Shown here: positions 15,846 through 24,070 of the stretch, piece after piece | How the letters are laid out: the number at the start of each line of letters is the position of its first letter | Numbering within the stretch: the first letter of the stretch is position 1 | Virus record (IMG/VR): IMGVR_UViG_3300011437_000308 | Location: 1-29,501 of that record | From: a virus | Lineage: Duplodnaviria; Caudoviricetes | Direction: 5' to 3' (one strand) | Length of the DNA stretch: 29,501 nucleotides | The notes under the pieces: generated by a model | What the model saw: the letters and a program-made list of their open reading frames with translations, nothing else | Databases searched by the model: none | What the model was told of the DNA's origin: nothing | Translations under genes and position numbers: made by a program

Positions 15846-16084
15846 CGCTACTCTTCCTCGCTTCGCAATGGCGCCACCGCCACATGGAGCACCGCCACCT
15901 CGCCATGGCAGCGATAGCACCAGACGAGCAGCATCCCCCTTCCCCACATAGATCAGATCGACGCCTGCCCGTGGGTGGCAGGCACTGATCAGGCCATCCG
16001 CCTCTGTGCCGGGATGCAGCCGCGCCAGCTCCCGGCGTGTCTGTTCCAGGCTGCGGCGCGTCAGGGCCGGTGCGGCATGCATCC

Positions 16085-16312
16085 CTACCGCCCTCCCAGC
16101 ATGGCGCCGGCCCACCGTGCCAGTGCCCAGAGCCCCCACCAGCCCGCGGCAGATCCCGCCCCCACGCCCAGCCACACGGTCACGCGCAGCCACCGGGGGC
16201 ACGGCGCCGCGTCGAGGGTATCACAGGGACACAGGGCACCGATCGGGTAGAGATCCTCGCAAAAGGGGCACACAAGGTAGCCGAGGGGATGGGGGAAGCG
16301 GGTCTGGCGCAT
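16085..16312 (-). CDS. Small Cys-rich membrane protein
   Basis: CPFC..CPC followed by a hydrophobic segment. Confidence 0.5.
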   Translation of the reverse strand: MRQTRFPHPLGYLVCPFCEDLYPIGALCPCDTLDAAPCPRWLRVTVWLGVGAGSAAGWWGLWALARWAGAMLGGR

Positions 16313-16323
16313 GGGGGGCCTTT

Positions 16324-16521
16324 CTAGTTGAAGGGGGCGTGATAATGGCGCAGATAGGCCTCGATCTCGCCGTCGTTCGGGTCCGCCTCGTCCATGGCAT
16401 CGTCGAGGAGCCACGCCGTCTCCGTCATATCTTCAAGGCTCATGTCGCAGGGATAGGCGGACGCCCGGTTATCGAGGGAGGAGCGCGGGCGCAGGCCTTC
16501 GGTGTTGCGGGTGTCGGGCAT
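16324..16521 (-). CDS. Acidic hypothetical protein
   Basis: MPDTRNTEG...; TGATG coupling, AGGAG RBS. Confidence 0.55.
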   Translation of the reverse strand: MPDTRNTEGLRPRSSLDNRASAYPCDMSLEDMTETAWLLDDAMDEADPNDGEIEAYLRHYHAPFN

Positions 16522-16940
16522 CAGAGGTCTCCTATGCTCGGGACGGCCTGCCCGGTCAGCCAGCAGCCGTCTGTGTATGTGGGGCACTGATGGCAGCGGT
16601 CACAGATGCGATGGTGTCGCACATCCGGGCTCTCAAACGGGTGGTCACAGCGCCGACAGTCCACACGCCGGGCATAGGGCGCCCGGGTGGGGAGGGGTGG
16701 GACCTCCACCGCCGCGAGCCACGCTGGCAGGGAGCCAAACAGGTGGCGGATGGTTTCGTAGTTGGGCAGGCCATTGGAGGCGCGACACTCGGTCGTTCTC
16801 GGCATCCGCCCCTCCTCGGTGAGATAGAGGGACAGCGCCGTGAGGGCCGCGGCCTGCGTCCACACATGCCCCCGGCCATGGAAGGCAAGGGGTAGCGCGG
16901 CATAGTGGGTGTGCCGGGTGAGCGGGGGTGGGAGGGGCAT
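16521..16940 (-). CDS. HNH_repeat-like domain + Zn ribbon protein
   Basis: WTQAAALTAL..Y..EEGRMP...GLPNYETIRHLFGSL, then CRRCDHPFES.....RICDRC. Confidence 0.65.
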   Translation of the reverse strand: MPLPPPLTRHTHYAALPLAFHGRGHVWTQAAALTALSLYLTEEGRMPRTTECRASNGLPNYETIRHLFGSLPAWLAAVEVPPLPTRAPYARRVDCRRCDHPFESPDVRHHRICDRCHQCPTYTDGCWLTGQAVPSIGDL

Positions 16941-16952
16941 GGGGTGGCTCCT

Positions 16953-17822
16953 CTAGATGACATCCGATTGCAGGATGCCATGCGTCTTGAAAGCCTCGGT
17001 TGTGGCGTGCTGGCGCCATTTCAGGTTGTAGCCGGATTTCGCGCCATGGTGGGCCGTCCAGGCATGCCGCGTAGCGTAGGATGCGCCCATAGGAGTCGCT
17101 TCCCAGGTGCCAGCAATGGTTTTCACCTGCCACCCAATCTGTTCGAGGGCACGATTGACGGCTGCGCCACTGGAGAGACCACACGCAGTGGCCAGGTCCT
17201 TAGGCTCCAGCATTTTGTCTTCTGGGCGAATGGTATCTTGTGCTGGCGCTGTAAGGAGGAAAGCATGGAGATTGATGCCAGTGGCGTGTTCGACTTGCTT
17301 TACGGCTTCTTGCTGGGCAATGTGCTCCGGGACGTTGAAGAGTTTTCCCATGCGCAGCCACGCACTGGCGACCCGCTCGGCATGTTCATCAGGGAGCATC
17401 CCCCGTGAGGACTTGGGGGCAAACTGGCGTGCAGTCTGGGTGTTCGTCGCTACTGCAAGCTTTTTGCTTTCTTCGTCATCAAGGAAGTTTGCCAGGGCGA
17501 TCTGGGTCGTGGCATTTAGTAGGGTGAGGGGATTCCATCCGGCAGCCTGAAAGAGTGGTTGGAAGGAAAGCAGAATCGGCTTTCCTTCAGACTTTATGCG
17601 GCTCCAGTCGAGTTCTGCGATATCTCCTTGCGCTACATAGAGGGCATAGGCAGGAATGCTGCGAATGACACGTAGGAAATCGCTATGCCGCTGGTACTTC
17701 CCCCCGTACTGACTATTGGCGAGATATTGCGTATGAAAGTACTGGCTGGTGAAGTACTCCTGCCCCTGCCACTGCACCGGCTGCATCAGGGGGGATTGTG
17801 GAGTGAGAGCAGTGTTGCTCAT
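16953..17822 (-). CDS. Phage antirepressor-like protein
   Basis: N-terminal PVQWQGQEYFTS..RHSDFLRVI; C-terminal KilAC-like PKDLA..CGLSSGAAVNRALEQIGWQ..WEATPMG..LKW; follows cro. Confidence 0.7.
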   Translation of the reverse strand: MSNTALTPQSPLMQPVQWQGQEYFTSQYFHTQYLANSQYGGKYQRHSDFLRVIRSIPAYALYVAQGDIAELDWSRIKSEGKPILLSFQPLFQAAGWNPLTLLNATTQIALANFLDDEESKKLAVATNTQTARQFAPKSSRGMLPDEHAERVASAWLRMGKLFNVPEHIAQQEAVKQVEHATGINLHAFLLTAPAQDTIRPEDKMLEPKDLATACGLSSGAAVNRALEQIGWQVKTIAGTWEATPMGASYATRHAWTAHHGAKSGYNLKWRQHATTEAFKTHGILQSDVI

Positions 17823-18052
17823 GCCCGCACCTCGGCTGGCTCGGGCGTCAGCGGCTCGTCGTCTTGTTCAAATAATTCGCCGACGCTGATCTCAAGGGCC
17901 TGCGCCAGCTTTCCCAGCAACGCCGTGAGGGGCACCCCCGAGGTGCCGGTTTCGTATTGGGCGAGCGCAGACCGCTTCATGCCAACCAGGGCTGCTAACT
18001 CTGCCTGGGTCAGGCCTTTGCGCTTGCGATGCTTGGCAATGATGAGTCGCAT
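17819..18052 (-). CDS. Cro-like XRE HTH regulator
   Basis: RKRKGLTQAELAALVGMKRSALAQYETG; divergent from the second XRE gene. Confidence 0.88.
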   Translation of the reverse strand: MRLIIAKHRKRKGLTQAELAALVGMKRSALAQYETGTSGVPLTALLGKLAQALEISVGELFEQDDEPLTPEPAEVRA

Positions 18053-18201
18053 ACAACCTCCGTGTTAAATTTCGTAGCATTATAGCATCTCAAGATAGAA
18101 ATTTTAACAAAAAAAGAGCGGTAGTCTTGGGAAACTATGGTAGAATGTTAAATAATTTGACATTACCACTTTTGTATGGCAGAAACGGAAGGGGATCAAT
18201 T
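18053..18201. promoter_or_regulatory. cro/cI genetic switch region
   Basis: AT-rich. Extended -10 TGCTATAAT on the minus strand (18079-18087), TGGTAGAAT on the plus strand (about 18138-18146), imperfect palindrome AATGTTAAAT-A-ATTTGACATT (18144-18164). Confidence 0.7.
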
Positions 18202-18576
18202 GTGAGTGAATATGTCATGGGGAGTGAGTTTGCGGTTCGACTAGGTGAGCGTCTCCGTGCCTTTCGCCGGAAGCATGGCCTGAAGCAAAAAGCCCTGGCC
18301 GATCTGCTCGGCTATAAGTCCCACGCGACCATCGGACTGATGGAAACGGGTGCCCAGGTGCCATCGTTAGAGGCAACGATAGCGCTGGCGCGGGTCTTTG
18401 AGATATCCCTGGGGGATTTACTCGGGGAACTCGTCTTTGATGAATCGCATGGCGAGTATTATGAGCCCTGGATGGTGGCCCTGCGTGAGAAAGTCACCCA
18501 GACGCCCGAGGAATATCGCGAGGGGTTGGCCGATATGCTCGAAAGCATTGCTCTTGGCCTGCGAACGACTGTGTAG
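18202..18576 (+). CDS. CI-like XRE repressor (no peptidase domain)
   Basis: LGERLRAFRRKHGLKQKALADLLG...TIGLMETG...LARVFEISLGDLLG; start codon uncertain. Confidence 0.85.
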   Translation: MSEYVMGSEFAVRLGERLRAFRRKHGLKQKALADLLGYKSHATIGLMETGAQVPSLEATIALARVFEISLGDLLGELVFDESHGEYYEPWMVALREKVTQTPEEYREGLADMLESIALGLRTTV

Positions 18577-18791
18577 TCAAAGTCATCATGTGCATCTTTC
18601 CTCCAGAAACAACACGTTATCCTTCCTTTCCTTCTCAGATTTCTCGCAGACATTCATCCCTTTTCCCTAGTCCTGCCGCTACGCATAATGTTCCCATTAT
18701 TCTTAGCACTTTTAATACTATTGTTACACAAGGGGTCACGCCGACAAGAAGCCCAGTGTCTCTCTTCTCACCTCTTACATGGAGTATTGTC

Positions 18792-19673
18792 ATGGCATCA
18801 TCGTTTACCCTCAATGACTTATTACTCATTTATACGCGGGATTTCCTCCCCTTGAAGGCCCCAACGACGCAAGCGCAACAGCGTCACCTTTATCAACGCC
18901 TGCGCGCCGACCTGGGGGACATGCCGCTTCCGGCCCTGACGCCGTTACGGTTACGCCAGTGGCGCGATAGCCTGCGCAAGAACTATCAACCCGGCACGGT
19001 CCGGTGTTATCTCAATGCGCTTGCGGCAGTCCTGACGGTGGCGGTCAATGAGCTGGAACTGCTTGAGGTCTCTCCGCTCCGCAAAGTCCGCCGTCCCCCG
19101 AACCCGCCCGGCAAAGTGCGGTTCTTGTCCCAGGATGAACAGGTGCGCCTGCTCAGCGCCTGCCTGCGGATGCGTGCCCCGGCCCTCTATCCCTGCGTGG
19201 TCCTGGCGCTGTATACGGGGTGTCGCAAGACGGAAATTCGCTGCCTGCGGTGGGAGGAGGTGGACCTGGAGGGGCGCTGCTTGCGGCTACTTGCCACGAA
19301 GAATGGCTCGACGCGAGTGGTCCCGCTGGTGGGCGAGGCCCTCACGGTGCTGCGCCAGCAGTATGCCACGCGCCGGCTGAATGTCCCGTGGGTGTTCCCG
19401 CGCTCGGACGGGAAGGGGGCGGTGGATATCGATGGGTCCTGGCGACGGATGATGCAGAAGGTGCAGCTCCCGAACTTCCGCTTTCACGATCTACGCCATA
19501 CGGCAGCCTCGTATCTGGCAATGAGTGGCGCCACGTTGGCCGAAATTGCGGAGGTCCTCGGGCATCGGAGTCTGCAAGTGACAAAGCGGTATAGTCACTT
19601 TCTCGATAGTCACACGGCGGGCGTGGTTGAACGGATGGCTGCTCAGTTTTTAACGCCCCCGCCCGTAAAGTAG
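18792..19673 (+). CDS. int: Tyrosine recombinase / integrase
   Basis: TGCRKTEI (R), TKNG (K), FHDLRHT (HxxR), LGH, TKRY (Y); GGAG RBS before ATG 18792. Confidence 0.95.
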   Translation: MASSFTLNDLLLIYTRDFLPLKAPTTQAQQRHLYQRLRADLGDMPLPALTPLRLRQWRDSLRKNYQPGTVRCYLNALAAVLTVAVNELELLEVSPLRKVRRPPNPPGKVRFLSQDEQVRLLSACLRMRAPALYPCVVLALYTGCRKTEIRCLRWEEVDLEGRCLRLLATKNGSTRVVPLVGEALTVLRQQYATRRLNVPWVFPRSDGKGAVDIDGSWRRMMQKVQLPNFRFHDLRHTAASYLAMSGATLAEIAEVLGHRSLQVTKRYSHFLDSHTAGVVERMAAQFLTPPPVK

Positions 19674-19708
19674 GGTATGGTTAGGGCACACTCTAGAGAG
19701 GGGAAACG

Positions 19709-20179
19709 ATGCATCGAATGACGCGAGTACTGGGCGCCGTGGCGTTGGGCTGCGGCCTTGTCTGCGCGGGCTGCGTCACGCCGTCCACGCTGCTGGTGAA
19801 TGATCAGGGCCATGTGGCCCGCTGTAGTGCGCATGGGTATGGCGTGATGGGGGTGGCGACGGCAGGGGAGATTCATCGACGCTGTGTGGTGGATAGGCAG
19901 ACCCTCGGCTATGTGCCGCTCGCCGCCGTGTGGCTGGGGGTGCATACGGCGCCGGGCACGGATGTCATTGCCCGCTTTTCGCCGCAGTCCCAGGCCCCGG
20001 CTGCGGGGCTGCGGGTGGGGGACCGGCTGCTCAGGGTCAACGGGCGCCCGGTCCTCCCGCCCCCGGCACTGATGCGGACACTGGCGGGGAAACAGGCCGG
20101 AGAGATGGTGGAGGTGACCATCGCACGGGACATGCAGGAGCTGGTCTTCTCCGTCCTGTTGCAGCCACGGGGGCAGTAG
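19709..20179 (+). CDS. PDZ-domain lipoprotein
   Basis: Signal peptide with lipobox LVCAGC; PDZ signature WLGV...SQAPAAGLRVGDRLLRVNG...GEMVEVTIAR. Confidence 0.8.
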   Translation: MHRMTRVLGAVALGCGLVCAGCVTPSTLLVNDQGHVARCSAHGYGVMGVATAGEIHRRCVVDRQTLGYVPLAAVWLGVHTAPGTDVIARFSPQSQAPAAGLRVGDRLLRVNGRPVLPPPALMRTLAGKQAGEMVEVTIARDMQELVFSVLLQPRGQ

Positions 20180-20242
20180 CCAGCGCGTGCTATACTCCCC
20201 TGTTGACTCCGGGCTTGGGGCTCGGGGCCGTTTTCCGTCGAG

Positions 20243-20277
20243 CCTGGCGCGGGGGGTGGTCGTTGTCCCGCGCCAGG
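20243..20277. terminator. Hairpin between convergent transcription units
   Basis: CCTGGCGCGGG-N13-CCCGCGCCAGG, 11-bp stem; no clear U-tract. Confidence 0.45.
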
Positions 20278-20294
20278 TGGGATGTTGGTGGTGC

Positions 20295-20792
20295 TCAGGT
20301 GCCTTCCCTGAGCTGGCCGATGAGCGCCTCAGTGATGACGCCATCCGTCTCCCAGCCATCCACATCCTGCGCCGTCACTTTGATCCGCAGTGGCGTGTTT
20401 GGGTCGGCGCATCCCAGGCCAGGAATCCTCACCAGCTCCTCGCGGGCCTGACCGCCTCGCCCGTCTGTACTACTATACAGTTTTGGATGTCCTGTCGTAT
20501 CGAGGGCCGGGGTCCAGGCAGCGCAGCGGCTGCCCACGCACCAGTAGACCCGAATCCCTTTGAGATTTTTCTTGGGGGCATAGGGTTCCGTGTAGTTCAG
20601 GGTTGCGGCGAGGTCGGCGCACCCGGGTGCCCTACTCCATCCTGGGTCGTGTAGGACGGCGCCTGCCCCCGTCGTCCCCCTGCGCGTGCTCGGTGAGATG
20701 ATGGGCAAAGATGCCCAGATACCGAGCACGCAGAGCAGGACGCCTCCACTCCACCACAGATAGTCTTTCCGTCGCAGATCCGTGTTGGGCAT
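20295..20792 (-). CDS. Membrane-anchored hypothetical protein
   Basis: N-terminal TM WWSGGVLLCVLGIWASLPII; AAGGAG RBS. Confidence 0.65.
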   Translation of the reverse strand: MPNTDLRRKDYLWWSGGVLLCVLGIWASLPIISPSTRRGTTGAGAVLHDPGWSRAPGCADLAATLNYTEPYAPKKNLKGIRVYWCVGSRCAAWTPALDTTGHPKLYSSTDGRGGQAREELVRIPGLGCADPNTPLRIKVTAQDVDGWETDGVITEALIGQLREGT

Positions 20793-20834
20793 TCTTTGCT
20801 CCTTCGTGGGGCTCCGTAGAGCCCCGGTGGGCGT

Positions 20835-21149
20835 TTAGGGTTCCAGTGTAATTGTCCATTCAAGCCCAAGCTTCTTGGCACAGTCTGGGCCGATAAAGAA
20901 CCACAGCATGTCGCCTTCATCGGAGGTATACAACGCCTCATCCTTGGGGTGGAGGAATGATAAGCCGCCGTCTATGAGGTGGACCATGCGTTGCTGGCGG
21001 CTTCGTCTGAGTGGCTTGTTGCACATGCAGCAGCACTGATCATCCGTGCCGCTGTGTGGAGTGGTTTGTATGTAGGGCTTAGTCGTGTAGCCTTGCGATA
21101 CGTCCTGGACATCATTCCATGCTGCCTGGATGGCCTTGCCTTCTAGCAT
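20835..21149 (-). CDS. Hypothetical phage protein with Cys motifs
   Basis: CCCMCNKPL...FFIGPDCAKKL; flanked by motif copies. Confidence 0.7.
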   Translation of the reverse strand: MLEGKAIQAAWNDVQDVSQGYTTKPYIQTTPHSGTDDQCCCMCNKPLRRSRQQRMVHLIDGGLSFLHPKDEALYTSDEGDMLWFFIGPDCAKKLGLEWTITLEP

Positions 21150-21194
21150 TTCATTTCCTTCGTGGGGCGCCGACGAGCCCCTGTGGTGTGGTTA

Positions 21195-21420
21195 CTACGG
21201 CTCCACGTGGCGATGTACGCGCCACGCGAGAAAAATGGCCTCCTCTCTGGTGAGGAATTTACACCATTCGGCATGCCAGGTGCCCATGAGGGCCTGGGCA
21301 TTCTCGATGGCGTTGGTCTGCCCGCTGGTCGTGTTGAATGCTATCGGGGCATAGACACTGCGTGCACAGCCCCCCGTCAAAGGTATGCTCGCAGGGGGAA
21401 TCGTCGAGTCTCCTGACCAT
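21195..21420 (-). pseudogene. Small gene, apparently split across two frames
   Basis: The RBS-linked ATG at 21420 stops at 21259, while the frame ending at 21195 abuts the next junction motif. Confidence 0.4.
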
Positions 21421-21461
21421 CTTTCTCTCCTTTGTGGGGCTCCGCAGAGCCCCAGTGGTGC

Positions 21462-21656
21462 TTACTGCCGAGTCGTCTTCCGTGTCTTCTGTGGTGTCAG
21501 GGCAAAGCAGAGCACGCCGGTATCCGTCTGGACAACGACTTCCTCCGTGATCCGTTGCCGCTGGATATCCTCCACAAGATCCTCTTGGATTTCCAGCGAA
21601 AGCCAGCCGCCCTGGTCCCATTCCTGGCTTTGCGCATGCGATAGGATGATGGTCAT
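21462..21656 (-). CDS. Hypothetical protein
   Basis: 64 aa; ATGA coupling, GGAGG RBS. Confidence 0.6.
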   Translation of the reverse strand: MTIILSHAQSQEWDQGGWLSLEIQEDLVEDIQRQRITEEVVVQTDTGVLCFALTPQKTRKTTRQ

Positions 21657-21919
21657 GCGTCGTCCTCCTCTTCGTCACAGGCATGGGCCTGTGCCATCCA
21701 GGTGTGATGCAGCTCGCACAGCCGCGCAAACGCCGTATCACGCTGGTCCCGCGTCAGATACGTCACGTATGCCCGCTGGGGCGTATGCCCCACGTCGAGC
21801 AGGCAGCCGATGCCGTAGGGGGCGTCCTCGTCCTCCAGGGCATCCACGGTTTCGGCGACAATCAGGTAGCGCACGTCGAGCAGGACGGTGGGACTGTAAA
21901 AGACATGGCTGGTGATCAT
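21653..21919 (-). CDS. Hypothetical protein
   Basis: 88 aa; AGGAG RBS. Confidence 0.6.
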   Translation of the reverse strand: MITSHVFYSPTVLLDVRYLIVAETVDALEDEDAPYGIGCLLDVGHTPQRAYVTYLTRDQRDTAFARLCELHHTWMAQAHACDEEEDDA

Positions 21920-21934
21920 GGGGGCTCCTGCGTG

Positions 21935-22135
21935 TTAGAGTGCGGCCTGGCAGACCGGGCAGGTCTCTGGGTCTTTCAGGTCAATGTAGCGTTGGACAAC
22001 TTCCATGCATAAGCTGATCATGCGGGTGCGTTCGCGTTCCTCGGACGCGGAGAGGCTCGCATCGTCGAGATGGGCGATACAGTCAGCAAGATCGACTACC
22101 GTCGTCTCAAAGCGGCAATAGGCCATGTTCGCCAT
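21935..22135 (-). CDS. Conserved small phage protein
   Basis: NMAYCRFETT..DLADC resembles a recurrent phage MSYCRFENT..DL.DC family (from memory). Confidence 0.7.
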   Translation of the reverse strand: MANMAYCRFETTVVDLADCIAHLDDASLSASEERERTRMISLCMEVVQRYIDLKDPETCPVCQAAL

Positions 22136-22179
22136 GGTTTGTTCCTTTCGTGAGGGGGAGCCGCAGCTCCCCGGTGGTG

Positions 22180-22722
22180 TTAGTTGCGCAGCTTACGGTA
22201 CATCATGGCTGCGAGCCCATGCATGCAATAGAAGGTTTTCTCGCCGTCTTGGTGACGATGTTTGTAGTCAGGGCACGAGCACACTGCCCCGTCAACCTCA
22301 TACCAATGGGCGGGCGTCGTCCGGCTTTGCACCGCCAGCATCCCCTCGCGTTCCCCCGGACTGACCATGCCGCCCAGGACGAGGGCTGCTGCCTTACTCA
22401 GGCGCTCGATCAGGCCATGGTCCTGCCGGGCCATGGCTTTTTTCAGCCCACACGTCAGCAGCGCCCCCAGCCTGGCTTCCTCGCTGACCACAGGCGGGGC
22501 TTCGAGTGCCTTCTTCGTCGCCGTGATCGTGGCGTGTAGGTTCGCTACCGCTTCGCTGGCGGTAGCGCCACGCCCGGTCGCCTGCGCCCTGCCGTAGCCC
22601 TCGACCTCGAAGAAGAGGTTGACGCTACACGCTGCCTCGGGCAGCGCCGGGGTGGCTGCCGGCGCTGGGAGGATTAAGTGGTTGTGGCCGTTCGGCAAAG
22701 CTGGTACTGTTCTCACGTTCAT
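22180..22722 (-). CDS. SWIM zinc-finger protein
   Basis: WYEVDGAVCSCPDY...YCMHGLAA (CxC-xn-CxH). Confidence 0.78.
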   Translation of the reverse strand: MNVRTVPALPNGHNHLILPAPAATPALPEAACSVNLFFEVEGYGRAQATGRGATASEAVANLHATITATKKALEAPPVVSEEARLGALLTCGLKKAMARQDHGLIERLSKAAALVLGGMVSPGEREGMLAVQSRTTPAHWYEVDGAVCSCPDYKHRHQDGEKTFYCMHGLAAMMYRKLRN

Positions 22723-22740
22723 GTCTCCTAGAGGGTGAAC

Positions 22741-22786
22741 ACCGGGCGCTACGTTTCGTTGTCGAGGCGGTGCGTAGCGCCCTGGT
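22741..22786. other. Intergenic hairpin
   Basis: ACC-GGGCGCTACG-N19-CGTAGCGCCC-TGGT. Confidence 0.6.
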
Positions 22787-22809
22787 AGTTTTTGGTTGTC
22801 TCCTCTGCC

Positions 22810-23007
22810 TTACCGCTCCTGGCGCATGTAGCGCTCCAGCAACTGGCTGATGACCTGTGCAATATCCTGTTGCTCCCAGATGTCGGCCGCTACGAGCACG
22901 TCGCGTGTCTCGTGGTTGGTGGCCTCAGCCTCACTGAAGGCCTCGGGAAAGAGTGTGGCCAATTCCGTGCGGAGAAAACGGGTATAGTCCTCGACGTCTA
23001 CCTGCAT
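22810..23007 (-). CDS. Hypothetical protein
   Basis: MQVDVEDYTRFLRTELA...; AAGGAG RBS. Confidence 0.6.
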   Translation of the reverse strand: MQVDVEDYTRFLRTELATLFPEAFSEAEATNHETRDVLVAADIWEQQDIAQVISQLLERYMRQER

Positions 23008-23069
23008 GTTTCTACTCCTTAGTCTCATTTGCGTACTCGCATGTCTTTGCTCCTTGGTTGGGCAGGGCC

Positions 23070-23516
23070 TCACCGTCCCGATTCCGTGGAGGGTTCTGGG
23101 ATACGAAAACCGAGCGCCTTGAGCCGCGGAATGTCCGCGTACTCAGCGAGGTCGTCATATTCCGCCCTGCGCATGATCGACTCCTGCAATTCCCCCCGTG
23201 ACACTTCCTCGCACACCTCAGGGCGTGTGTCGCTCCCTTCGCGGCCACGAGGGCGGTAGAAATAGAAAACCTGTGTTCCACGACGCGCATGGAGGAGATA
23301 GTCCCCTGAGAGACGATCCTTGCGTCCAGCAAGGATCATTTCGTCTTCATGTGGATGCACGGTGCACTGTCCTCGCCCTCTGTGAATCAATCGTTGTGAC
23401 ATTCTCGCTCTCCTATTCGCTTGCGCTCGCGCCAAACGCGGCTTGGCATACAAGGCTGTCATATATTGCGCGTCTAACTGTGTCAATGCGGCCTGGTCTT
23501 TGCGTGTTGCTGCCAT
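23070..23516 (-). CDS. Hypothetical protein, first gene of the leftward operon
   Basis: 148 aa; AAGGAG RBS directly after the ribozyme. Confidence 0.6.
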   Translation of the reverse strand: MAATRKDQAALTQLDAQYMTALYAKPRLARAQANRRARMSQRLIHRGRGQCTVHPHEDEMILAGRKDRLSGDYLLHARRGTQVFYFYRPRGREGSDTRPEVCEEVSRGELQESIMRRAEYDDLAEYADIPRLKALGFRIPEPSTESGR

Positions 23517-23528
23517 GATCGTGCTCCT

Positions 23529-23586
23529 TGGTGTTTCGCGTGACGTTTCCGCTCATTCAGGCCAGGCCAATTTCCTGGCGACACCA
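23529..23586 (-). ncRNA. Type III hammerhead ribozyme (core variant with 1-nt insertion)
   Basis: UGGUG-UC^GCCAGG-AAAUUGG-CCUGGC-CUGAAUGA-GCG-GAAACGUCA-CGC-GAAA-CACCA: all three stems pair and the GUC cleavage triplet is present. Confidence 0.8.
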
Positions 23587-23771
23587 TTCCTACCTGGAGC
23601 CCCGTGCCATCGACAGGGCCGGTCGCTCCTCTGAGGCTCATGTCATCGCCCCTCATCCTTCCTATACCGCCAGCGTTTAGGATTTGCTCTCGCGCTGGCT
23701 GGGTGCGTGCTTTGGCTGGGAGTTTCTCGGGCCGCCTACTCTGTGGCCCCTCGCAAGCACCAACTAAGGAG

Positions 23772-23800
23772 AGTATATGATATCCATAATGGATAGTCAA
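23772..23800 (-). promoter_or_regulatory. Strong sigma70 promoter with a palindromic operator in the spacer
   Basis: TTGACT-17-TATACT; perfect palindrome TATCCAT-A-ATGGATA at 23781-23795. Confidence 0.8.
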
Positions 23801-23805
23801 GGAGG

Positions 23806-23994
23806 TTATGAAGATTTCTTGAACTTTTTTTGTCCAAGTATAGAGCGCACTAATTTCTCAAAGCGTGCGGTGATTGTTTCGTCACCGCGTTCTAGGCGCG
23901 AGATGTAATTCACATGATACCCAAGGAGTTCGCCGATGGCTCTTTGTGTTAAGCCGTGGGCTTTGCGTATCGCGTATAATTCTTCTTTGGTCAT
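23806..23994 (-). CDS. XRE HTH regulator
   Basis: IRKAHGLTQRAIGELLGYHVNYISRLERG. Confidence 0.88.
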   Translation of the reverse strand: MTKEELYAIRKAHGLTQRAIGELLGYHVNYISRLERGDETITARFEKLVRSILGQKKFKKSS

Positions 23995-24026
23995 TGCGCC
24001 TATTCCTCTCCAAAAAGGATATAATA

Positions 24027-24060
24027 TTGACAGTATACATTTTGGCGTGCTATCCTGCAA
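24027..24060. promoter_or_regulatory. Overlapping opposed promoters
   Basis: Plus strand TTGACA-18-TATCCT (24027-24056); minus strand TTGCAG-17-TATACT (24060 to 24032). Confidence 0.7.
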
Positions 24061-24070
24061 GGAGGATTCC

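Larger units (their letters stand above)
20799..22179 (-). repeat. Four dispersed copies of an intergenic hairpin+RBS motif (about 20799-20830, 21156-21188, 21428-21460, 22143-22179)
   Basis: Minus strand: stop-(CA)CCACN-GGGGCTC-NNCG-GAGCCCC-AC(G/A)AAGGA-ATG; one copy has the compensatory stem GGGGAGC/GCTCCCC. Confidence 0.85.

Noticed and set aside
20188-20277. Possible antisense sRNA from extended -10 TGCTATACT ending at the hairpin
   Set aside because: No -35, no overlap with a toxin-like ORF, and no further support.
20793-22179. Junction hairpins as integron attC sites or intrinsic terminators
   Set aside because: Too short, no RYYYAAC/GTTRRRY boxes, no evident IntI-specific insertion in the integrase, and no U-tracts.
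22741-22786. Second ribozyme (loop contains CGAAAC)
   Set aside because: No CUGAnGA core or three-stem junction; only a simple hairpin.
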